Below, piece by piece: positions 10,295-19,892 of a stretch of DNA of 64,000 nucleotides. Below the pieces are notes generated by a model that ran no database searches, was not told the DNA's origin, and saw only the letters and a program-made list of their open reading frames with translations. A program made the position numbers and the translations under genes. Origin of the DNA: Nitrososphaeria archaeon (lineage in GTDB: Archaea > Thermoproteota > Nitrososphaeria > JACIWG01); NCBI GenBank assembly GCA_049969935.1, contig JBMFNX010000001.1, positions 1,265 to 65,264 of the forward strand. The letters run 5' to 3'. Position 1 is the stretch's first letter. Every line of letters begins with the position of its first letter.

Positions 10295-10516
10295 TTAACT
10301 TCCACCTTTGACTAAATTCAATTGCTTCAACCTTTTTGCAGTTTCAAGTCTTGCAATATTTCTTCTTATACTTTTTATTGCACCAGTTTCTTTTTTAAGC
10401 AAACCACGTCTAGATAAACCCTTAAGCCTATGATATTCACTCCTTAGCTCAAGAATACGTTTATCTATCTCATCCATCGGGAGATTAAGCAGATCCTTCA
10501 TTTTTAGCACCTTCAA
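10295..10516 (-). CDS. rpl29: 50S ribosomal protein uL29
   Basis: IKSIRRNIARLET; canonical position. Confidence 0.93.
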   Translation of the reverse strand: MKVLKMKDLLNLPMDEIDKRILELRSEYHRLKGLSRRGLLKKETGAIKSIRRNIARLETAKRLKQLNLVKGGS

Positions 10517-11150
10517 CAGGTTCACCCTCCTTAAATTCAACCTCTTCCTTTAAAACATATTCTGGAACAATCTTTTCTTTTAATGCTATTTTAACCTTAA
10601 TACCAAAAAGTCCTGCCTTCAAAAGCACACTTTTTGTAGCCTTTAAAACAGCAACACGCGAGACTTCACCACTTTTTGGCACAACACCGGCAACAAATTT
10701 TTGATAATGGGCACGTTCACTCCTAATTTTACCGGAAATTATAATCTCTGCACCAAAGGCGCCTGCATTCATTATTTGATTAAGAGCCCAGACAGCGGTT
10801 CTCCTGAATGGTGTACCCTTTTCCATCGAACTAGCAATACGCTCACAAACAACTCTTGGATTAAGTTCAGGAACTTCAATTTCCGCTACAGAAATTTGAA
10901 CGTTATCAAGATTAAATTTTGAAGCAAGTTTCTCAGTTAAATCTTTTATACCCATACCTTTTCTTCCAATAACAAGGCCTGGTCGGGTAACATATATTGT
11001 CAACCGAACACCTAATGGCCCCTCAGAAATTTCTACACCACCATATCCTGCATCCTTTAGAGTTTCTTCTAAAAATTCATCTAAATAGGCAAACATCAAT
11101 TGCTTACTCAATATTTTCTTGACAGGTGAACGTTCTATTTGAGTTGACAT
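10485..11150 (-). CDS. rps3: 30S ribosomal protein uS3
   Basis: RPGLVIGRKG KH motif, GAEIIISGK. Confidence 0.98.
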   Translation of the reverse strand: MSTQIERSPVKKILSKQLMFAYLDEFLEETLKDAGYGGVEISEGPLGVRLTIYVTRPGLVIGRKGMGIKDLTEKLASKFNLDNVQISVAEIEVPELNPRVVCERIASSMEKGTPFRRTAVWALNQIMNAGAFGAEIIISGKIRSERAHYQKFVAGVVPKSGEVSRVAVLKATKSVLLKAGLFGIKVKIALKEKIVPEYVLKEEVEFKEGEPVEGAKNEGSA

Positions 11151-11154
11151 ATTC

Positions 11155-11619
11155 CTACGATACCTCCCTTCCAATAAGCTCTATATGAACTAGTACATGA
11201 AAGTTTGGAGAAGAACGGCCGAAAGCCCGTGGGACATAATCTTTTATGACGATACCCTTATATGCACTAGCATGTACTATGACAACCTTTTCAATATTTA
11301 GACCTTTAAATGATGCATTATTTTCTAAATTATCTAAAAGTTTGAGAAAGACCTTAGATGCTTTAACAGGATAGCCGCCTGCAGGGTAACCTTTAGTAGA
11401 AGATTTGTGAGGAACTTTTCGATGATATCTTCTATATGGTATTGCAACCTTTTTCTCTATCACGTCCTCAAGCAGTTTTCTTGCCTTAGAAATGGTTAAA
11501 CCTTTTATTGCAGAACAGATTTCTCTAGCATGCTTTGGTGAAATATTAACCTCTCTAGCACTGGCTCTAACATAGAGCAGTGGATCCTCTACCTGGAAAC
11601 TGTATCCAAACCTAGGCAA
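11155..11619 (-). CDS. rpl22: 50S ribosomal protein uL22
   Basis: ISPKHAREIC, YPVKAS, PRAFGRSS. Confidence 0.98.
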   Translation of the reverse strand: MPRFGYSFQVEDPLLYVRASAREVNISPKHAREICSAIKGLTISKARKLLEDVIEKKVAIPYRRYHRKVPHKSSTKGYPAGGYPVKASKVFLKLLDNLENNASFKGLNIEKVVIVHASAYKGIVIKDYVPRAFGRSSPNFHVLVHIELIGREVS

Positions 11620-11811
11620 CTATGACACCGAGTAAATTAACCCCAAATTTAATAGAATAAATACTTTAATGTACAGATTTTTCATAGCAATAAATGATTT
11701 ATGCTATTTGAAATAATTGGGGAATTTTAGATTTTTATTATTAGTTTAGAGAAAAGGTTTTCTATCAATTATGGTTGTGCGGCGAGTGGAGACTTATATT
11801 ATGAAAAGAAT

Positions 11812-12207
11812 TTATTTAAGTGGAACGTAGAGACTTGAACGTGATGCACCAATACCTGGTGTACCATGCACAACTTTTTTATTTGTGATAGCAAATTCGC
11901 CTAAGTAATGGCCTATCATTTCTGGTTTTATTTCGACTGGAACAAACTCTTTGCCATTGTGAACGTGTATAGTGAGTCCAACCATTATTGGAAGTATTAT
12001 CATATCTCTTGCATGTGTCTTTATGGGTCCCTTTATTAAACCGTCTTTAAGCTTTCGAATTTCTTCTAAAAGCTTCATCTTATCTCTACTAAGGCCTCTA
12101 TTTAGCGAGCGACGCATTCTCGAAGGAAGGAGTGATATAAAAGTTTCATAGGACATTGTCTGCAATTGTTCCAGTGTATACCCTCTATATTTGAATTCTT
12201 TAACCAT
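11812..12207 (-). CDS. rps19: 30S ribosomal protein uS19
   Basis: [25 protein letters not shown]. Confidence 0.98.
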   Translation of the reverse strand: MVKEFKYRGYTLEQLQTMSYETFISLLPSRMRRSLNRGLSRDKMKLLEEIRKLKDGLIKGPIKTHARDMIILPIMVGLTIHVHNGKEFVPVEIKPEMIGHYLGEFAITNKKVVHGTPGIGASRSSLYVPLK

Positions 12208-12208
12208 T

Positions 12209-12943
12209 CTACTTCACCTCCAATGTTTTTCTAACACGTTTTCTACCAGTTTTTCTTGGCGCAATATGACCAACCTTTCTACCTGGAGGAGCGTTTCTTG
12301 AAGTTGATGTAGACTTACCTGGATGTTGATGTCTACCACCTCCAAATGGGTGATGTACAACAGCCATTGCAACACCCCGAACACGTGGATAAAGTTTTCT
12401 CTTAGCTTTCATCTTATGGAAGCTAGCACCTGCTTTTAGTAAAGGCTTTTCTCCAAAGCCTCCACCTGCAATAACCCCTATAGTTGCTCTACACCGCCCA
12501 TTCATTAAAACCATTTTTCCACTCGGTAACTTAACTATGCTACCTTCCGCGGTTTGCGAGAAAAGTATTGCTGATGAACCCGCTGCTCTTACTAACTTTC
12601 CACCATCACCTGGACGCTTTTCTATGTTACATATAACTGATCCTTCACTTATATCCTTTAACATAAGTACGTTACCATTTTTCTGAGCAGCATTTGGCCC
12701 AAACTCTATTGTTGAGCCAACTTCTAAACCTCTTACAGCAGGAAGATAATAGTGAATATGCCCAACTTTTATCTGAGCGAGGGGAGCCATTCTCCCTCTT
12801 TCATGCAATATTCCCTCAACAACACCTACCAACTTTTCTTCACTTAATGGTGGATAAGTGACTGGAGAGATCTTACCTTTCTTTGGAGCAAGATATTGTA
12901 TATGTCCTAATCCCCTTCTTTGCTGGATAAGTGATTTGCCCAT
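12209..12943 (-). CDS. rpl2: 50S ribosomal protein uL2
   Basis: [26 protein letters not shown]. Confidence 0.98.
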   Translation of the reverse strand: MGKSLIQQRRGLGHIQYLAPKKGKISPVTYPPLSEEKLVGVVEGILHERGRMAPLAQIKVGHIHYYLPAVRGLEVGSTIEFGPNAAQKNGNVLMLKDISEGSVICNIEKRPGDGGKLVRAAGSSAILFSQTAEGSIVKLPSGKMVLMNGRCRATIGVIAGGGFGEKPLLKAGASFHKMKAKRKLYPRVRGVAMAVVHHPFGGGRHQHPGKSTSTSRNAPPGRKVGHIAPRKTGRKRVRKTLEVK

Positions 12944-12954
12944 AGCTTTCACGC

Positions 12955-13221
12955 TCACATTATACCAATTTTAGAGGCCAATTCTGGCGCTGAATATTCT
13001 TTAGAAAGGCGAACATAAGCTTTTTTCCCATCCTTACATATTAAAACATTAACTTTATCAACTTTAACATTGTATAGTGTTTCTACAGCCTGTTTTATTT
13101 TACTTTTATTGGCTTTGTTGTCCACTATAAATGTAAGAGTATTATTTTTTGTAATAAGCATTGATGTCTTTTCTGTTACATGAGGATATTTTATTATCTT
13201 TATAGCTTCCGACTGATTCAT
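12955..13221 (-). CDS. rpl23: 50S ribosomal protein uL23
   Basis: PHVTEK, NTLTFIVD, GKKAYVRL. Confidence 0.97.
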   Translation of the reverse strand: MNQSEAIKIIKYPHVTEKTSMLITKNNTLTFIVDNKANKSKIKQAVETLYNVKVDKVNVLICKDGKKAYVRLSKEYSAPELASKIGIM

Positions 13222-14021
13222 GAAAGTACACCTCTAAATTTTTCATCCAACATTCGTATAGCATCTTCTGTCCAAATAACAAATCTAATAGGATGGCCGC
13301 CTGGAACAAGGTCGAGCACAGAAAGTGAATTAACGTCAACAACGTCTATTCCTGGAATATTTTCTGCAATATCCTTTAGCCTACTATTTAAATTAGAAGT
13401 TACTATGAGAGGGCCTACTGGAACATACTTTGTTCGCCCCCGTCTTTCAGCCTTTCCACTACGTCTTTTAATACCATGTCTTATACGTTCTAATTCTTCT
13501 TCAATACCCCAAAGTTTGAAAGCATTTATAACATCCTTGACTTTTGAAACATTCTCAAACTCGGATGATACAATAAATGGCAAGGTAGGAACATTTTGAA
13601 CCCTATGACCTCTTTCTTCAACAACATTCCTTAAGGAGGTAGCCGCTATTGCTGAAGCTAATGCTAAAAGCCGTTCCTTCTTATTCACTCTTTTGTAGAT
13701 CTTCTTTTCAGCCTTTGGCGGATGAGCGATTCTACCTTTAACGACACCAGCAACGCCGGCAGCCATACCTGCTCTACTGTACCTTTCTCCTTTAACACGT
13801 GGAACTCTAGCAACACCATGCCCAGTTTGCCAAGACTGCGCTGACGTTCGTTCACCAGCCAAGGGATCACGGCCTTTTGGTTGGAGCTTATGAGTCCACA
13901 TGGCAACGTAAACTCTGTGGATTACATCAGGTCTATAGGGTAAACTAAAAATTTTTGGAAGAACCATTTGAGATTTTTCTGAACCGTCTAGACCATAAAC
14001 TGGAACCATACTCATGCTCAA
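13218..14021 (-). CDS. rpl4: 50S ribosomal protein uL4
   Basis: RPDVIHR, SWQTGHGVARVPR, LVPGGHP. Confidence 0.98.
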   Translation of the reverse strand: MSMSMVPVYGLDGSEKSQMVLPKIFSLPYRPDVIHRVYVAMWTHKLQPKGRDPLAGERTSAQSWQTGHGVARVPRVKGERYSRAGMAAGVAGVVKGRIAHPPKAEKKIYKRVNKKERLLALASAIAATSLRNVVEERGHRVQNVPTLPFIVSSEFENVSKVKDVINAFKLWGIEEELERIRHGIKRRSGKAERRGRTKYVPVGPLIVTSNLNSRLKDIAENIPGIDVVDVNSLSVLDLVPGGHPIRFVIWTEDAIRMLDEKFRGVLS

Positions 14022-15040
14022 CCACTTTTAACAGTAATTGGAGTGACACTAGTATAGATAATCTTTGGAGGGGTAGGCTTTTCCTCTTTCTTTCTTACAG
14101 CAAAGCGTAATACTATAGGACGCTTTGGTGGACCTTGCACACTACCATCAATCACTATGTAGTCACCTTTTACAATACCAAAATGCTTGAAGCCACCGGG
14201 TGGATTAAAGAGTGTGTTTTCATTAGTGGATGCACATATTAGAATTTTTTTATTATATTCTGTTCTTTGATGGAAACCCATCTGCCCTGCTCTTGGAACG
14301 GTATAAGTTACTGCTGCAGGATGCCATGCACCTAGACAACCTACAGCTCTAACACTCTTTCTAGATTTATGTTGCTTTCTTTTTATACCAAATCTTTTAA
14401 CTGGCCCCTGAAAACCTTTGCCTTTTGTTATACCGATTGTGTCAACAAAGTCTCCGACTTTAAACACATCCCTTACTTTTACAGTTGAACCTAAAATAGA
14501 CTTTGCATACTCAAGCCTATCTTTAATTGATTTACCTCCACCAACTTCAACTTCTAAAATAATTGGCTTTTTTCTAGGAAGCTTGACTTCTGAAGGCTCT
14601 GCTCCAACAACTACAACCACACGCTTCACATTTTCTACAAAATTATCTAAGACTTTTAAATCATACTTTTTCTCTAAATAGCCTTTAGGTAAAGCCCGTT
14701 CATAAACTTTAGGAAGTTTATCATAGTATACTTCAGTAAGGGCAAATTCACCTTTGACGCTTTCTCCATATAATCTGATCCCACAAATTCTGATAGGAGG
14801 ACACACTAAAACAGTTGAAGCTCTAAAAACTGGTTTTCCAAATGTTGGAGAACGCGGGTTTTCTCCAGAAACGATAGTATGCATCATACCTGCCTTAAAT
14901 CCTATAAAGCCAAGTAGAGTAGGCTTGGGGCTATCAGTGTAACCCCAATATCTAACACGTGGGACTATATCACCAGCCCTAACTCTAGGACGAAAGGCTA
15001 GGGATCCCCGTCTAGGAGCACTTTTTTTCCTATGGCCCAA
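14018..15040 (-). CDS. rpl3: 50S ribosomal protein uL3
   Basis: PRRGSLAF.PR, TKGKGFQGPVKR, RAGQMGFHQRTE. Confidence 0.98.
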   Translation of the reverse strand: MGHRKKSAPRRGSLAFRPRVRAGDIVPRVRYWGYTDSPKPTLLGFIGFKAGMMHTIVSGENPRSPTFGKPVFRASTVLVCPPIRICGIRLYGESVKGEFALTEVYYDKLPKVYERALPKGYLEKKYDLKVLDNFVENVKRVVVVVGAEPSEVKLPRKKPIILEVEVGGGKSIKDRLEYAKSILGSTVKVRDVFKVGDFVDTIGITKGKGFQGPVKRFGIKRKQHKSRKSVRAVGCLGAWHPAAVTYTVPRAGQMGFHQRTEYNKKILICASTNENTLFNPPGGFKHFGIVKGDYIVIDGSVQGPPKRPIVLRFAVRKKEEKPTPPKIIYTSVTPITVKSG

Positions 15041-15146
15041 ATCAGGTCACTTGCGTACTTTACCAAAAGGGACAGCATTTTTAAAGCTTTACCTTTTTAA
15101 TCACAACCATTAACTTTTAACTGGACAAGCGATAAAAATTTTATAC

Positions 15147-15998
15147 CTAGCTTGGTATATTTTGAGAGATTAGGTTAATAAAGTTTATTATGGAGAGGGC
15201 GATGAATACTGCTTCTTCAGTTCTAATGGTAGCGGTACCCTGTGAAGGTACAAAATTTATGACAAAGTCTCCTACATCTTCAGGCCTTAAGTTTTCTTCC
15301 TTTAACATGTCATAAACACCTCTTTTTGGTGAACCAAATATTAAAGTAACATTTGAAGAGGATTTTATAGCGGACTTTATTTCCTCGAAATGGTCATTAA
15401 TTGGATAGCCTAGCCTGGAAGTAATTATTTTTAGACCACTAAAACCGCTTTTTAAAACCTTACCTAAAGAGCCAACCCTTAGGACCTTGTAACCCCAATA
15501 TTCTTTAACTTCTTCACTTTTTGCTCTACGACAGGTTGGATAGGGGTGAGTTTGCTCAATAATGCATGTTATGCGTTCACCGTCATATGCAGAACCAATA
15601 AATTTTATTGGTGAATCAAGCCCTATATCAGCCCATAGAGAACCTCCTTTCCTAAAAATCACACCTTCTCTCACATCCCCTACCTTAAGTTCTTTTAAGG
15701 GGATCCACGATTTATGATGAGGAGTTCTTAATGGAGGCAAAAGGCCTGCTTCCTTCAAACCTTGATGTATTGGGAAAAGCTTTTTCCTTAAATATTGGGG
15801 AGCTTCAATGTATTCGAGAATCAATTTCATTAACTTAAAATCGTCTTCATATTTACCCGCTTCATCGGTGTAAATGTAGATTCTTTCAACTTTAAAAATT
15901 GCACAGGCTCTTGCGATCATACCAAGTTTTATAGTTTTATCTCTCAAACTTGTGTCTTCACATAATAATGAATCTGGAATAAATATTGAATAATGCAT
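15147..15998 (-). CDS. SPOUT-class RNA methyltransferase (DUF171 / SPOUT1 family)
   Basis: PQYLRK, GLLPPLRTPHH, FGSPKRG, QGTATIRTEEA; conserved position upstream of rpl3. Confidence 0.92.
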   Translation of the reverse strand: MHYSIFIPDSLLCEDTSLRDKTIKLGMIARACAIFKVERIYIYTDEAGKYEDDFKLMKLILEYIEAPQYLRKKLFPIHQGLKEAGLLPPLRTPHHKSWIPLKELKVGDVREGVIFRKGGSLWADIGLDSPIKFIGSAYDGERITCIIEQTHPYPTCRRAKSEEVKEYWGYKVLRVGSLGKVLKSGFSGLKIITSRLGYPINDHFEEIKSAIKSSSNVTLIFGSPKRGVYDMLKEENLRPEDVGDFVINFVPSQGTATIRTEEAVFIALSIINFINLISQNIPS

Positions 15999-16065
15999 TA
16001 AACATATATATGCCAATCGCCAATAGATAAATATTTTATAATGTTAGCATAGCCGGTGATGATGT

Positions 16066-16428
16066 ATGGAGGAAGACATTGAACTAAAACTGCTTAAAGC
16101 AAAGAAGATGGCAGAATTGGCTAAAAAATTACAAGAAAAGAGTAAGGAGAAGACTGCGAGGGAAATTGTTCTTGAACATTTGGTTGATAGAGGAGATGAG
16201 GTTCTAATTAAGGCAGAGGAACTTTATCCAAGGGAAATGAAAATTATTGAGGAAAAATTAGCGGAATTGATAAAGGCTGAAGAAATTAAGTTTATAACGG
16301 GTGGGCAGCTGCTTAGTCTTCTAAAGACTTTAGGGCTAAACGTTCCTATTGAAACAAGGATAACATTTTATGAAAATGGAAAGTTTATGTCGTTTCAAGA
16401 AAAAATAAAAAGGTCAATAGAAGAATAA
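16066..16428 (+). CDS. PDCD5-like putative dsDNA-binding protein
   Basis: EDIELKLLKAKKMAEL N-terminus, RGDEVL, ITGGQLL helical pattern. Confidence 0.65.
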   Translation: MEEDIELKLLKAKKMAELAKKLQEKSKEKTAREIVLEHLVDRGDEVLIKAEELYPREMKIIEEKLAELIKAEEIKFITGGQLLSLLKTLGLNVPIETRITFYENGKFMSFQEKIKRSIEE

Positions 16429-16451
16429 GAGTATTGGTGGCAATTAACAAT

Positions 16452-17738
16452 TTATTTTATTGATTTAACAAAATTTTCAGTCACCGTTATTAGATTGTCT
16501 ATATCTTCCCTTGTATGAGGATATGAAATGAAAAAGTGTACTTTGCCAGGTGCCATAGCCAAAATCTTATTCGATACCAGATGATAGAAATATTTTATCT
16601 CTCTTTCCTTGTGCACTTTAGAAAGTAATGTTTGTAAATCATCATTTTTAGCCTTTTCTTTTAGGAAATGTATTTTTACCATGGAACCCGATCCAGTAAC
16701 ATATCCTTCAATACCAATTCTTTCTAGAATATCTTGAAGGCCAGTTTTAAGTCTCTCACCTAAGCTGTTCATGCTATTATAAACATCTTTCTTCTTGTAT
16801 TCTTGCATTGCCGCATAGCCTGCTCTCATTACTAGGGGGTTGCCGCTGTATGTCCCCCCTTGTGCAACATTTTCTGATCTTTTAGGATGTTTGGTGTGGT
16901 CCATTAGTTCCATTATGTCTCTTCTTCCCCCTACTGCACCTACTGGAAATTCTCCACCACCTATTGCTTTTCCAAATGTTGTTAGGTCTGGCTTTATGCC
17001 TAGAACTTCTTGGCCTCCTCCCGGAGCAAGCCTAAAGCCTGTTATAACTTCGTCAGCAATGAGTAGTGTGCCTGTCTGGTCACATACTTCTCTTAGTCCT
17101 TTTATAAACTCTTTTTCAGCTGGAACACATGCTGCACCCTGTACTGGTTCAAAGAAGACGCATGCAAGCTCCTCTTTTTTTATTATTTTGGAGCAAGTGT
17201 CTAGGTCATTGAATGGCAGTATTACCGTGTTCTTTGTTGCTAGAGGGTCGATTCCAGCTGATTCTGGTTCATCCCATGGCCAGTTTACTGCAACATAAAG
17301 TGGTTCTAGAACACCGTGAAAGTGTCCAGCAAACTTTCCAACCTTCATCCTTTTAGTGTAGGCTCTTGCAAGCCTTATAGCGTGCATGTTTGCCTCTGTA
17401 CCACTGTTGTTGAATCTTATCATTTCCACGCTTGGGACAAGCTTACAAACTTCTTCGGCAAGCTTAACCTCCCACTCATTACATACACCAAAATGGAATC
17501 CAAGGCCAAGCTGCTCTTTTACCGCGTCAACAACACATTTTGGCATATGACCTAAAACTAAGGCACCATGACCCATCCAGTAGTCCACGTACTCGTTTCC
17601 TTCAACGTCAACAAGCCTACAACCGTAAGCCTTTCTAGCATAGAATGGATATGGTTCAAAAAACCTAAATGGTCTAGTTACACCGGCGGGAATAACTTTA
17701 ACAGCTCTCTCATATAACTCCCTATTTGATGCAAGCAT
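16452..17738 (-). CDS. class III aminotransferase, glutamate-1-semialdehyde 2,1-aminomutase-like
   Basis: NSGTEA, DEVITGFR, GKAIGGG (PLP lysine), GTYSGNP; no tetrapyrrole genes nearby so substrate is uncertain. Confidence 0.85.
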   Translation of the reverse strand: MLASNRELYERAVKVIPAGVTRPFRFFEPYPFYARKAYGCRLVDVEGNEYVDYWMGHGALVLGHMPKCVVDAVKEQLGLGFHFGVCNEWEVKLAEEVCKLVPSVEMIRFNNSGTEANMHAIRLARAYTKRMKVGKFAGHFHGVLEPLYVAVNWPWDEPESAGIDPLATKNTVILPFNDLDTCSKIIKKEELACVFFEPVQGAACVPAEKEFIKGLREVCDQTGTLLIADEVITGFRLAPGGGQEVLGIKPDLTTFGKAIGGGEFPVGAVGGRRDIMELMDHTKHPKRSENVAQGGTYSGNPLVMRAGYAAMQEYKKKDVYNSMNSLGERLKTGLQDILERIGIEGYVTGSGSMVKIHFLKEKAKNDDLQTLLSKVHKEREIKYFYHLVSNKILAMAPGKVHFFISYPHTREDIDNLITVTENFVKSIK

Positions 17739-17833
17739 GCCAGCTCTTGTTAAGGATTAAATTTCAGCCTACATAAAGTTTTAACATTAACTAATAATTG
17801 AACAATATTTTCTATTACATTTTCAAAAGTAAA

Positions 17834-17909
17834 TGCTCCGGCCGGGATTTGAACCCGGGATCTACGGCTCGAAAGGCCGACATGCTTGACCGGACTACAC
17901 CACCGGAGC
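17834..17909 (-). tRNA. tRNA-Glu(TTC)
   Basis: Cloverleaf GCTCCGG...CCGGAGCA, anticodon loop CT-TTC-GA, T-loop TTCAAAT. Confidence 0.96.
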
Positions 17910-17984
17910 GCATTTACAGTGGATTTTTATCAAGTTTATTAATGTTTTTGTCTTTAAAGGGAGAAATTTTTTACAATAGCTAAT

Positions 17985-18101
17985 TTAGGAGGAAAGTTTA
18001 AGTTCTACTACTGCTAATAGAATTATGGCAAAAGCTAGAACTATTATAGCAGAAGTTATTGATGAAAGAAGCATGGTGTTCAGACCAGATATATCGACCA
18101 T
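17985..18101 (-). CDS. putative 38-aa single-pass membrane peptide
   Basis: Manual translation MVDISGLNTMLLSSITSAIIVLAFAIILLAVVELKLSS; fills the gap co-directionally with upstream genes. Confidence 0.5.
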   Translation of the reverse strand: MVDISGLNTMLLSSITSAIIVLAFAIILLAVVELKLSS

Positions 18102-18136
18102 CTTCTTTCAATAGCATACTTTTTTAGAGATGGTAT

Positions 18137-19051
18137 TTAAACATTTATTTCATAGTATGATCTAAAAATGTGGAAGGAATCAAAGCAATAATTTTTTAAA
18201 TTCTTGAACATATTCGATAATCCTTTAAAATCTAATTCTGAATTTAACTTTTTAAAAATTATACTTGAATCTTCGTATATAATGAAAGATTTACTCTTTT
18301 TTAAGTCTATAGGAAATTCATAATTTAGTAGAAGATCCTCTAATAGGCTGAGAAGAATATGGGATGAGGTTTCAGCTTTAAACATTAAGTTGCAACCAGG
18401 TTTTATAATTGGAATAGAATCTTTTTCAACAGGAAAATTGAATAAACATTCAATTTTCTTAGGCTTGAACATTTTGCACAAATGGATTAGAACCGTTAGT
18501 TCGTCCTCAAGAATATAGTATTTGTTGGCTTTCCTATTTGCAAGCCAAAGATTTTTTTGAGATTCAAATCTGCTCCTAAGAAAAATTTTTAGATGATCGT
18601 TGAGCCAGTTTAAAATGAAATAATTGTTTTCAAATCGTTGACCAATAGGCTTAGGAATTTCATACTTTCTAAATATTCTTTTGTAATTTAGGACGTTTTT
18701 TAAAAAATCGGTTATATAAGATTCTATTGGAAAAGTAGATAATAGTTTCCCGTCACTATAAAGTTTCACATGATTCCTAGTATTTTTAAGATATAAAGTT
18801 GCAGAATAGGGTGGTAAATTATTTCCTTTATCGGTTAACCAGTTAAAGGCAATAGTATCCTTTATTCTAATTCCTGGCTTAGGAAAAAGTGTTGAAAGAT
18901 GAAAACCATTATCTAACAATTCTTTAACTATGTCGTGAAATTGACTTTTTGAAAGAAATGGTAGTGCATAGGAGATTATTTCCGAACTTTTGTGACCTGG
19001 TTTTCTTATCGAATAAAGTTTAAAATATTTCTTCATAAGCATTTTGTCCAT
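18137..19051 (-). CDS. hypothetical protein (304 aa)
   Basis: Long ORF starting 6 nt after the HTH gene; no motif recognised. Confidence 0.75.
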   Translation of the reverse strand: MDKMLMKKYFKLYSIRKPGHKSSEIISYALPFLSKSQFHDIVKELLDNGFHLSTLFPKPGIRIKDTIAFNWLTDKGNNLPPYSATLYLKNTRNHVKLYSDGKLLSTFPIESYITDFLKNVLNYKRIFRKYEIPKPIGQRFENNYFILNWLNDHLKIFLRSRFESQKNLWLANRKANKYYILEDELTVLIHLCKMFKPKKIECLFNFPVEKDSIPIIKPGCNLMFKAETSSHILLSLLEDLLLNYEFPIDLKKSKSFIIYEDSSIIFKKLNSELDFKGLSNMFKNLKNYCFDSFHIFRSYYEINV

Positions 19052-19057
19052 TATATG

Positions 19058-19387
19058 TCATGGTCTATGATTTTCCATATTTTTCTTAGAAAGCTCTTTG
19101 CAAAGGGAACATAAGTAGATGACATTTTTATCCTTTAAGCCATGAATTAATTCCTCGGCATATGATCTTGCGTAATAATCAACTAGTTTAAGGTCAATGA
19201 AGGAATTCAATTTCTTATTTATTCCTCTTTTTTCACCTAAATATAGGCTTACAGTAGCCTGTGAAATTGAAAGAAGGTTTGCTACCTCATTTTGAGTTAA
19301 ACCGTATTCATCTATAAGAATCTTTGCAACCTTAGACCTGAAAAGGGGAATAATATATTTAGCTGTAACTTCACATTGATGATACAT
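19058..19387 (-). CDS. HTH transcriptional regulator (COG2522-like) with cysteine motifs
   Basis: CE..AKYIIP..R, GLTQNEVANLLSISQATVSLYL HTH, C-terminal LCSLC. Confidence 0.88.
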   Translation of the reverse strand: MYHQCEVTAKYIIPLFRSKVAKILIDEYGLTQNEVANLLSISQATVSLYLGEKRGINKKLNSFIDLKLVDYYARSYAEELIHGLKDKNVIYLCSLCKELSKKNMENHRP

Positions 19388-19478
19388 ATCGGGGACAAAA
19401 TGTTCTTAAGTAAAATATAAACATTATTTTAAAAACAAAAATCTTAATATGTTAATAATAAGAGAATGGAAGGGGGTC

Positions 19479-19889
19479 ATGGAAGATAAGGAAATTGAAA
19501 AAATATTGAGTAGAAAGTATTTGGATATGATTAAAAGAAGTTCTAAAGAGGAAAAGAGTGAGAAGAAAGTGTTATACTATTTAGATTCAACCAATTTTGA
19601 TAAATTTTTAAACGAAAACATCAATGTTATTGTCGACTTTTTTGCTGATTGGTGCGGCCCATGTAAAATTATGGCACCAATATTTGAGCAAGTTGCTAGA
19701 GAATATTCACCATCCATCATGTTTGCAAAATTAAATGTTGATCAAAGCCCTGACATCGCTGAAAGATTCTTTATTATGGGAGTGCCTACAATCATTTATT
19801 TTAAATCAGGTAAGGCTGTTGAAAAAATTGTAGGTGCAGTTAATAAAAGTATTTTGAAACAAAAGATAAAAGAGGTCTATGGACTATAA
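19479..19889 (+). CDS. trxA: thioredoxin
   Basis: DFFADWCGPC, GVPT cis-Pro loop. Confidence 0.95.
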   Translation: MEDKEIEKILSRKYLDMIKRSSKEEKSEKKVLYYLDSTNFDKFLNENINVIVDFFADWCGPCKIMAPIFEQVAREYSPSIMFAKLNVDQSPDIAERFFIMGVPTIIYFKSGKAVEKIVGAVNKSILKQKIKEVYGL

Positions 19890-19892
19890 AAG

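Noticed and set aside
187-14942. Many plus-strand ORFs of 60-143 aa across the ribosomal operon
   Set aside because: Antisense shadows of well-identified minus-strand genes
16452-17738. Calling the aminotransferase hemL
   Set aside because: Family motifs fit, but no tetrapyrrole genes are adjacent and many GSAM-like paralogs have other substrates
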